64,000 bases of DNA, taken from Paraspadella gotoi. Its lineage: Eukaryota; Animalia; Chaetognatha. The translations under genes were made by a program, and so were the position numbers. Location: NCBI GenBank assembly GCA_051294375.1, contig CM119263.1:17632628-17696627 (forward strand), written 5' to 3'. Below, in pieces: positions 1 through 10,016 of the stretch. The notes under the pieces are model-generated. The model ran no database searches. It was not told the DNA's origin and saw nothing but the letters and a program-made list of their open reading frames with translations. The number at the start of each line of letters is the position of its first letter. Positions within the stretch are counted from its first letter, which is position 1.

Positions 1-230
1 CCTACATCCAGCATCCGACAGCTATAACTAGTATAAGTATATAAAAAAATCGAACTAGTAGTAAATCCGAAGTGAAGGTTATGCTAAATAGTCAATTACA
101 TTTTATTTAAATTAGATGTTAAAAAAAAAATTCATACGCGTATGCGCAATGCGCAAACATATTTGATGTTCCAATATCTTAATCCTTAATTTTTTTTATT
201 ATTACTATTGTGATTATTAAAAATTGGAAG

Positions 231-3200
231 AAATTTGATGACGTGGACACATGCAAATTCAACGACCTGCCAAAGGAATGCTATTCTAAGTGGTCCAAGA
301 AAGGAAAATGCAACCAGATCATCATAAAATGTCGTAAAAATGCCGAAATTTGTACAGAACGATACAAAGAGTGCCCCAAAGGAATGCAGGTTAAAGAAAT
401 TATTTTTTTATTTTTATTTATTTATATTTATTTTATTTTATAGAGAAAGAAAATGTTTGAACAGCTCAATATTTAGCGATAAAAGTTAAAATCATATGAA
501 AACAAGAGTAAAAAAATGGGCATAATTCAAAGTTGTGGATTAAAAAACGAAAAATATAACAAGAAAAAATTACCAAAATTACTAGATGAAAAAAAAGATT
601 TTGACTTCAACAATAGTTCAAAGTTCAACTCTTTTCGGTACATTCCATAATCGAAACCATAGCCGTTAAAATAATCAATCATGAGAATGAGGGTACTAAA
701 AAAAATTGTACTAAAAAAAATGTTTTCTTTATTTAGTAATATTATATTATATTACTATATAAAGAAAACATTTTTTTTTTGAAATCTTATAAATTTGTTT
801 GATGGAGTATTAAAAAGTTAAATATAATTACAGTTTTTAACAATTTTTACGTTTTTTAAGTGATAATGATATGATAATTATTTTTGACTCACTTATCATA
901 AAAATATTTTAAAAAGTATTATACTTTGTTAAACAACTTTTTATGAGCTATCTGAATCTTGTTTTAAAATTAGAAATTTCTCAAAATTCTCAAATTCACA
1001 AAATTTTTTTGGCCTTTCCTATCTATAAATAAATATTAAAAAATTACTTACACTATACAGCCAAGTAAGAATTTTTTTGTCCATTGAGTGCAGCTAATAG
1101 ACAGGTATGGTATGGTCTGTTCAGATTTGTCATTTGTCATTTAATTAATCAGGTCGTTACTCTCAACACGAAATGTGGAAACCCTCGGGACGCCTGCATG
1201 AATTGTGATCAAGAGTTTAAGTCTAAAGAGATAAACAAAAACCTCCCGGATCACTGCTTCGAAGATAGAACAATCAATTTCTTGGGAAATTGCAAATATA
1301 ATATGTATGAATCTTTTATATCTGAAAAAAAAGAAATATAGAAAGAAAAGAATAAAATAAAGAAAGAAAAGAATAAAATGACAAAAAATAATAAAATAAT
1401 AATTTTTATATTGGTTGTACCAATTTCATAAAGAAAAGAAAAGAATAAAATAAAAAAGTAAAGAATAAAATAAAGAAAAGAAAAGAATAAAATAATAAAA
1501 AAAAGAATAAAACAAAGAAAAGAATTAAACAAAGAAAATAAAAGAATAAAATAAAGAAAAGAATAAAATAAAGAAAAGAATAAAATAAAGAAAATAAAAT
1601 AATAAAATAAAGAAAAGAATAAAATAAAGAAAAGAAAAAAAAGAAAGGAAAATATAAAAAGAAACCAAACCTTAAAAGATGATAATCTATAAATTATTAA
1701 CAACAAAACTAGACTTAAATGATTCTGTTTATAACTAAGATATTTTATTTGGCTACGATCTAGACCACTGAAAAAGGCCTGCCCGACAGACAACCTCGCT
1801 TTGACCAAATGCCAGCAAGAAGGCCAAAAACGAGAGCTCTTTTTCGACGACTGTAATTGTCCAATGCTCAAATGTACAGGTGAGTGATATTAGGTCGATC
1901 ATTAACATCCCAAACATTGTTTAGTAAACAACACTCCGAGCTATTGTTGAGTAAAAATACTGTACTTCAAAAAAATAATGACCGTTGCGTTAGGTATAAG
2001 GTTATGGCCGAGAGAAACTAGTAAACAAATCTTAAAAGTATAGTGATCTCGCCAGACGTTACTATCAAAGAAAATTAATGAAAAAATCTGAAAAAAAAAA
2101 GATTGATGCGATAACGAATTATTGATATAATAGTTTTTAAAAAACCTTAATGATAATAACCCATATCTAAATTTTTAGCTTCCTATAGTTATATACTTAA
2201 GCTATTTTTAATGTTAAAACAGCGTGATGACGACGGCACAAAGAAGCAATACTAAATCGTTATTTACACCCAAGACGGGCTTACGGGGTTACTTTTACTT
2301 TCGCTGACCGGGGTTAGGGAGGGGTTAGGGTTAAGGGCGGTTTAGGGGTGGTTTAAGTTTAAGAGGGATTAGGGTTAGGATAATTAGATAATATTCGCGG
2401 TCGGCGAAAGTAAAATTTAGCCGGCTTAAGCCTGTCTGGCGAGATAAAAATTCAGAATAAGCAAAAATAAACAGGTTGTCCCGTCAATGCAAAGCTCGAC
2501 CTCCAAATTATACTGGATTCATCGAATTCCATCGGTCTAAATTCTTGGCAGATGGTGAGAGAATTCCTTAAATTATTGATCGAGACCATAAATACCGGAG
2601 ATACTTTGATTTGCATCGGCCGATACGGAGGATCTGGAACTTTTAAACACTTGACGTATGTATTTATACATTCACCTTCATATTTGTCGCAGTTCAATCA
2701 TACTTATCTACTACTATTTACTACTGTACTTATTATTTTATTAAAACTTTCAAACAAAAGGAAGAAAATAAAAAAATATAATTAATAATAATAAATGAGA
2801 TTAAAGACGAAGTCTTTTTACATCAACGATTGATTTTATTTTTTGACAGATATGTTTCGGCTTTAATGAAAGCCTTCATCAGCGCTTTGACAATTTCACA
2901 TTTAGTTTCTCAAACTAAAAAATGTGAAAAGTCTTTAATCTCATTTATTCCAAAACACAACGAAAAAGAAAGAATTTTTGCAAACTAATAATAATATAAT
3001 AAATAATAACATTTAAGTTCCTCTGCGAAGATAATATAATAAAAACATTGTGGCGGTATATTCACACTGCCTCACGTCCAATATCGTTCAGCCAAATCCA
3101 TTGCCTCAGAGGGGAAACATGCCATCCTAGGCGTTGTGGTCCATCCACAGTCCTAACGACTTCCCTCTGCCTTGGCAAAGCGAGACCGTCCTAGGGTAAC

Positions 3201-6200
3201 CGCGCCGACTGGAGGCGTCACTGAAGGTCGGAAGCCCCCAAAGCATCACAGGCAACCCTGCTGTTGCCATAACATTCATAAAAAATAAAAATAGAATATA
3301 ATGAAACAAATAATTTTACAAATTTTCATAATTAGGGAATAAATAAGTTTAAACAAACAACGTCGCTGCTAGGTACGTTCACAGATAATGAAGAAATTCT
3401 AGAAATCTTACTTCAGACATAATAACAATAACAAAAAAAATATTTTTTTAATTTTTGACCTTCTTTACAATTTGACGATTTGAACCTATGAATCGATTCT
3501 ACTATTACTTTCATTTGTAAATCCGAGCGAGAAAGAGTGAAAGAGGTAAAATACCAAAATAGATCATAAGGGCAGCCTCTGATTTTGTCTTTTGTTAACT
3601 CTTTCTTTATTTTGATTTTTCCTCTCTCTCTCACTCTTCATTTGAATCAAAATATTTGCAAAAAAATTTAAAAAGCACCACGAATTGTTTAATACTAACT
3701 TATGACATATTTCAACTCAAAAGATTTTGACAAATATATATGACAGCCAATGACTTTGCTCATTGCTAATGTGGTTGTTGCTGTAAGCGGTCGCGATTAA
3801 ATATCCTACCACTAATTATTGTACTTCTTACAGGCCTTGCAGCAAATCTGTGAAAGGAAGTGATCTTGATGATAGTATTTACGATTACGAGCCCTTGGGA
3901 AACACTCACACTGCAGAAGCGATGGATTATTTCCGTATTTCGTTTGAGAATTCGGCAAGAATTAATCAATCTGATGTCTTTAAGGTGAGACAGTAATTGA
4001 CATAGCATTTACAAAGGGTATCGTGAAAATACATATTCCATACAGAATTTGTACCAAGCTCATCTTATTTTGATGCGAGTGAACTAGAATGAGAGTCTTA
4101 ATTGAAATCCTGCAGGGTCCTGCTATATTGTGGAAGGAATGGGGGCCTGAACCCACTATTGACTATCCAATACATGATTTATTGAATATTTATTTATACT
4201 TGTAGCAATTTTACCGTATACTTCATTGATAAGGAAGCAATGTGCTCAGATAGTAAAACTGTGAGAGTTTTGCTTCAAAGCTTGTAGGCCCGTGTATATT
4301 TCTAAAAAGCTTTTGAAAAAGTTATATAATACATAGTATTAATTTTCTGCTTTTGACATTAAGGCCGTCTTGATTCTCACTGACGGACAAGCTAATGGTG
4401 GAGGGGATGTGACACAAGCCAGTCAAAAATGGGTTGACTTAGGTGCCAAAGTTTATGTCTCAGGGTTTGCTCAGGCCGTCAGATCAGGTAAAAATAAATT
4501 TATCTGCGCTCTTATACCATATTATAATTATTATAATAAATTATTTTATATTCCCTTATATGGAAATGTATGGTAAAACATTAGTTAAATTGTTTAAACT
4601 CTTCTGAGTTTTGTCTTTCATGCTTCTAATCCCCCACGCTATTTATAACATTATTAGAATATTTTCTATAAATTTAAACAAAATATTTCCCGGCCCCCTT
4701 AAATACAGTGTGTCCCAATGGTACTGTCTGTTAATAAAAGCTTACTGCTCCTATACCCGAACGAAAAACTCATTACATCAATAAGCGCAGAAGTATGGAC
4801 CGTTTTATAGGATACCTAAATTTAAAAAATTGAACCAAGCAATTTATCACATAAAGTAAAAAAGTAAAGTAAAAAAATTTTCAGTATTTTTTTAAAAAAG
4901 TTTTAAATTATATACTATTTTTTAATATTTAATAAATATATTTTATATTATTGAACAGTAAGAAACAGTAAGAAACAACATATTTTTAGCAACAGAGCTT
5001 ATTATATTTTTTATTGGTTTTAATAATAATTTATCAAATAAAATAAATAGCAACCATTTTGTTCTGGCTTTATGATTCAATCGCTGACAACTTACAAATT
5101 AAAATATTTTTTCTATATAATTTAATTTAAAATATAAAATGTAATCTAAAAATTTAAAAAGTGAAAAACTAGGACATATTTAAATTGAATGTTATGCAAT
5201 GAAAAATTTATAAAAATTGAATTCAAAATAAAGTATTATAAATGGTAATTACTTATCTTTGACATCGGTATTACAGAAATAAGATTTAACAACACAATTC
5301 TGCTCGATGTATAAAAGTTAACAGACAGACAGTACAGACAGAACCATTGGGACACACTGTACCTTCATCTTAAGATCTAAAGATCTGTATCGAAGAGAAA
5401 ATCAAAATATTTATAAACCAAAAAGGAAAATATTATAAATCATTAGTTGTCATAAAATTTTTTAGGACTGATTAAAATCTCGAAACACTACTGGTTCAAG
5501 CCCAACCTGGAAGACTTAATCGACGCCTTAAGGAAAGAATTTGTGCCCATAATTTGCGGGAAAGAAAATAGTATGTACTAAATCCGCCAACCTAAAAAGG
5601 GGCCAAATTGGTTTCGAAGGCATTGCTTCTCAATAAGGAAAAGGACTAATCGTTCCACTGTAATGTTACATATATATCTCGTAGTACTTCTCTCATGCAT
5701 CGTATGTTAAAAAGCGATTAACTTAATTAGTATATTGAAAATGATAAATTTCTTTTTCTTTCGTCCCTTCATTTTCAAAGATTAGAACGAAGCATCGATT
5801 AGTCATTACTGCGAGATAATGACTCGAAAAGAAATCGTCGATTGTTTGCGCTGCTCGTAGATATCATTTTTTAGCTCTATCGTATTGGAAAAGTTTTGAT
5901 CTCAACGTTTTTCGAACTTGACTGATGGTTACTACTAGAATATAATTATATAGCTGCACCTTTCGTTTATTTATAAAAATATCTGGCGAGGGGTTTTTTC
6001 AGCTCAATAAATCCAAAAAATTCAGCGAGTCATTAGAGCGTAGTGAAGAGCGTAGAGCGGTCATTGACTCAGGGACCAATTCCAAACTAACCAACGAATG
6101 TACTAAGTACTAAGTAGTTGTTGCGGCAAAAGCCTTGCTTTTGTTCTGAGCCCTGAGCGCCAGCTGTCGGGAGATTTCCCACACCCCAGGCATCACACGT

Positions 6201-6618
6201 GTCTCTCCATTGCCATAGTACCTCATTTTATAATATTCTGTAATGGTTCTAAATTGCAATGATTGATTTGATACTTTAGGAATTAATTCTTAATGTCCCA
6301 AAAAATTTTAACACTATACTAGTTAAAGGAACCAACTCTAAGGAATCAGGATCCAATAGTCCCTTTCTCTCATTTATTAGGTGAGGGAATACGTTAATCA
6401 TTAATCTAAAGAGAATAGGACAGAATTACTATCTATGCTCATTACTTTGTGACCTTAAGCTTTACAGATGCATCTTATCACTACAGAAAGCCAGTTATCT
6501 ATTAATCAATATGGATTTTAGTTCAGCGAAGTACTTTTAGTATTATTAGTAGAGACCCTAGTTCACTGACAGCTATCCATGAATAAATAATATTCATTCC
6601 ATGTTCATTTCAGGATGA
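231..6618 (+). CDS. Cys-rich repeat plus von Willebrand factor A domain protein, probably secreted/ECM; 5' end outside window, last exon uncertain
   Basis: Phase-consistent GT-AG exons 231-389, 1153-1304, 1764-1879, 2475-2655, 3834-3984, 4364-4487, 5466-5570. They splice to tandem 4-Cys modules followed by LDLQIILDSSNSIG...GNTHTAEAM...AVLILTDGQAN...LGAKVYVSGF, a vWA fold with complete MIDAS (DxSxS, T, D). A terminal exon from 6614 is plausible but its frame is unresolved. Confidence 0.8.
1340..1670. repeat. A-rich low-complexity tandem repeat (AAAGAATAAAATAAAG-like unit) in intron
   Basis: Directly visible; explains the F/I/L-rich spurious ORF 1251..1871(-). Confidence 0.85.
2284..2423. mobile_element. 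140-bp TIR element (MITE) with telomere-like TTAGGG interior
   Basis: TTTTACTTTCGCTGACCG / CGGTCGGCGAAAGTAAAA inverted termini; GCTTA on both flanks (2279-2283, 2424-2428); longer relative at about 43315-43712. Confidence 0.7.
2845..2887 (-). ncRNA. Minimal hammerhead ribozyme, Penelope-like, slightly degenerate
   Basis: Minus strand reads AAGCG-CTGATGA-A-GGCTTT-CATT-AAAGCC-GAAA-CAT-ATC-TGTC. Core and stem II are intact; helix III has one mismatch. It lies inside an 18-bp inverted repeat (2791-2808 / 2931-2948). Confidence 0.65.
3120..3275 (-). repeat. GC-rich structured interspersed repeat (SINE or LINE-end like), second copy at about 38000-38162(+)
   Basis: Reverse complement aligns to 38000-38162: TATGGCAACAGC..GTTGCCTGTGATGC..CTTTGGGGGCTTCCGACC..CCTAGGAYGGTCTCGCTTTGCCAA..AGAGGGAAGT. 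Confidence 0.75.
4090..4160 (+). repeat. Short interspersed repeat, second copy at about 42255-42335(-)
   Basis: GAGAGTCYTRATTGAAA..TGCAGGGWCCTGCTAT..ATGGRGGCCT shared in inverted orientation. Confidence 0.6.
4706..5359. mobile_element. Tc1/mariner-type MITE
   Basis: 26-bp TIR CAGTGTGTCCCAATGGTWCTGTCTGT with one mismatch; TA on both sides (4704-4705, 5360-5361). Confidence 0.9.
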
Positions 6619-7471
6619 GGAAAGTATCCACAATGAAATTAGGATCTACCATAACAAATGGCTACACTAAGGAGAGCAGACATTTAGGAAATAAAAAGAT
6701 CAAATATAAGGACTCAAGAAAATAGATATGTTGATATATATATATTTTCAAATTTCACAAGAATATTGGTACAGAGTCACTATCCATTATCGCTGGACCG
6801 AATAGCTTTTAACAAAACGCAATAAAAACAAAAACAACTGTAAATTATGTACACAATTTATTGTACAGCCTCCAATTCTCGATGGTTAAGACAATTTCAG
6901 TGTTTAGGTATAGCAAATAAATTTATCTGTGAATATAATCAAATACAAAATTCAACGTTCAATTGTTTTTTGACAAGAAATATACACATAGTAAAATAAT
7001 TGTGATAATATAAATCGTCCAGCAATTAAGGATCGTTTCGCAATATAAAAAAAAATGAAACGCGATATATTCTCTAACTTTATTAACAGCGCTTTATAAT
7101 AGTGTAATATACATCGTTCAATAATTTACAATTATTCTTAGTCTATAACGAGATTGTAAAAAACTGGTTTCAACTTTAAACAGCTGAAATTTGGCGGGTA
7201 AATGTCACAAACCCCTTGCAAAGAGATTTTTTTTATTAATATACTATTTAATTTGAATGAAGTTGCAAGATTATTTCAAGAAATGCAAATATATTGGGAG
7301 GGAGTAACGGGGAGGAGCAAGGAGTAAAGAATCGGAAAGTTAATGGTTTCGTCAAACTAAAACAAAGAGTTTCTTTCTGCCTTCACATCTAAAAATCCTT
7401 AATTTATTTAAGGAATATTAAACTAAATTCAATTGTCATGAAAGGACAACTCATTATTTAGAATAAGAACT

Positions 7472-7686
7472 GTTGAAGTAATCCTTTCTTTTTCGTTGTC
7501 ACTATTAATTAGAGAATTGACAAAGTTTTTGTTTGCAACGAATTTTATTTATAGTTGAACAGACATGTTTCGACTTGTTTTACAAGTCTTCATCAACGCT
7601 GATGAAGACTTGTAAAACAAGTCGAAACATGTCTGTTCAACTATAAATAAAATTCGTTGCAAACAAAAACTTTGTCAATTCTCTAA
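7472..7686. mobile_element. Fold-back Penelope-like mini-element with 12-bp flanking direct repeat
   Basis: Perfect inverted arms 7509-7595 and 7600-7686 (87 bp each, 4-nt loop); AGAATAAGAACT at 7460-7471 and 7687-7698. Confidence 0.8.
7595..7637 (+). ncRNA. Minimal type I hammerhead ribozyme
   Basis: AACG-CTGATGA-A-GACTTGT-AAA-ACAAGTC-GAAA-CATG-TC-TGTT: conserved core, 7-bp stem II, palindromic helix III ACATGT, GUC site with cleavage predicted after 7633, 4-bp stem I. Confidence 0.8.
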
Positions 7687-8242
7687 AGAATAAGAACTAA
7701 AACTGAATTATGAGTTAGTATGGAAAACGGATTTAAGAGTTTGAAATAAAGTTTAAGATTAAGAATAAAATATTAGCTTTGAAAAATTTTTTTCGTTGTT
7801 TGTTTAATGACAAAAATATTCTATGCAAACTACCGTACTCTAATTATAAATGACCTGAATCTTTGGTTAATGAGCAATCCAACTCAAACCTACCTATAAA
7901 GTCACCAAATGGCAGCATAACTCATATTCAAAGAAAATTATCAGACCCTAAATTAGTATAGAGAAATCAGATTGTTTTTTTCGAATTTCGAAGATAAGAA
8001 AAAAAAGTCACGGAAAAGAAAGAATATGAGAGGGAGAAGAGTCTAAAAATTTCTGAATATGTTAAAATTAGTTATTTCACGCTTAGCCTTCAATCAAGAC
8101 CTACGGAAGTTGTAAAATATTAAGAAAACGTTTATTTACCTTTTTATGTATTTGAGTATCTCAGCAAAATTTACGTCATGCTACCATAAAAGAGTGATAT
8201 AGGAAAACCCATCAAATTTGAGCAAACAATGCCGGATCTGCC

Positions 8243-9086
8243 TGTCGGGAAGAAACTTTCGTGAAAATTCATCGGACGTTTAGGGTAGTGCGGGGTAATT
8301 CGGAACACTTTTGGAAGTATTCAAATTTTTCTCATAGTTAATTATCATTATTATTTATCTTTTTAAATTGTATTTTATTTTTAAATTTTATATTAATTTT
8401 ATCTTAATTTCATCTTAATTTTGTCTCAAACTAATTTTTTAACCATATTTAGGCATTAAATTCCATTCCAAACTTTTGAATATTTTTTATTACTTAAAAT
8501 TGATTTTTTACTGTAACATTCATAGTATAATATTTTGTTTCGCCCACTTATTTAACAAATGTTGCTGTTATTAATACTTAGTAAATTATTACAAACACGT
8601 TATAAAAATCATATGAGGTAACCCAGAATACTTACCGTTTTACCCCAATTTAATTGTAGCTATGTAAAAAATAATTGAATTATTTTTTTTTAAATAATCT
8701 ATTCAATAACTAAAAATTAATAGTCTCGTCTATCATAATACGTCAAATATAACCGACAGAGGCTTGAAAATGACTACTCAAAGACGAAATTTGACTAGCA
8801 GCTTTGAAATTGCAGCAGCCGAATGCTGAAACTTTAATAATGGAAAGTCAAGTGAGTGAAATATTTAATTCACCAAAAAAAAAAACTATAAAATATCTTT
8901 AAACAATTTTTTTATTTCATTTTATATGTCAGTGCTCCGAATTACCCCTGTTCCGAATCACCCCGCACTACCCTATTCATTTAAATATTTATTCAATGAA
9001 AATTATAAAACATTTCACTACCTGTCTATTCCTTATTATTCATTAATTGATATTTCCTTTTAAGCTATCATGAGCTATTGATAACA
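8243..9086 (+). mobile_element. Solo LTR (TG...CA) with 5-bp TSD, interrupted by a MITE
   Basis: Starts TGTCGGGAAG, ends GATAACA; CTGCC at 8238-8242 and 9087-9091; homologous to the repeats at 62676 and 63363. Confidence 0.8.
8283..8973. mobile_element. TA-flanked MITE (Tc1/mariner/pogo-like)
   Basis: 25-bp TIR GGGTAGTGCGGGGTRATTCGGAACA; TA duplication; the empty site GGACTTT-TA-TTCATTT is present in the 62676 and 63363 LTR copies. Confidence 0.9.
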
Positions 9087-10016
9087 CTGCCCACGATTAT
9101 TAGAGGTAAGCAGCTAATCAAATAATTAAGTAATAAAATTATTAAATAATTATGATAGCGGTAAACAGCTGATCAGAGATTAATTAATAATTTATCAATT
9201 AATTCATTAATTATTTAATTGTTGTTGTTACAGTTGTTGCAGCTTGCATTTCAAATTAAAAAGAAAAAGAAAAAAGGTGTAATCAAATATTGAAACGAGT
9301 TTTTTATTTTTTTTTCATTTAAACTCATTTCCTCTTGAACGATTCCATCGAAACTTGATTTCAATCACACAGTTCTATACCCACACACAAAATTTAAAAT
9401 AAATCGCCCCATTGACAAGAAAAATTGGCGTTTAAACTAAGGGGGGACGGACAGACGTAATGACATCGATTTTTTTGCATCATTTATCATAATTTTATGT
9501 TTTGGATGATCCAAGTTTCTTGCCGACAAGATTTTGGGGTGGGACAGACGGACCGACAAAGTGAATCGAATAGCCGAAATCTGCTGTAAGCAGATCCGAC
9601 TAAAAAATTGAAAATAAAAAGTAATAAAGAAAAGAATAAGTAAATGTTACGCAATATGAGTTAGCATAAACCCTTAAATGAAACTATGCTTCAAAAGCGA
9701 ACATCTCTCAAGGTAACACTAAAAAATCCTGGAGTACACTCTTTATATATTATTAGGATTTTCATGCTTGAAAATAAAATAAACTAAACTATAAATTCAA
9801 TGAAACGGAATGTCAAAAAGCTCTCACATCGAAAATCAAGGGGCTGTTGGGGAGACGGGTTGAAAGGAGAGAAGGAGGAAAGGGATGCACGATTTGGCGT
9901 TCTTAACAGTAAGGAAAAAAAAAAATTAGAGAAATAGCCTAAGCACCCCATAAGGCCGATCTTGAATATTCACCACTCGCCCAGTTCCTTCAGTAAGCCA
10001 ATTCTTTTTGCTTTCG

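Larger units (their letters stand above)
8213..9606 (+). mobile_element. Helentron-associated non-autonomous element (HINE/DINE-1-like), family A, carrying nested insertions
   Basis: 5' subterminal GYCGGATCTGC, internal GGAC/AGAC microsatellite, 3' stem-loop ending GCAGATCCGAC-TAAAAA. Other copies at about 24415-25029(-), 29491-30150(+), 52459-53614(-), 60040-60920(-). Confidence 0.65.

Noticed and set aside
1251-1871. 206-aa hydrophobic ORF on the minus strand
   Set aside because: Translation of an A-rich intronic repeat plus the antisense of a real exon.
3016-3420. Possible small vWA exons near 3018 and 3336
   Set aside because: Phases do not fit; exon 2475-2655 joins 3834-3984 in frame and completes the domain.
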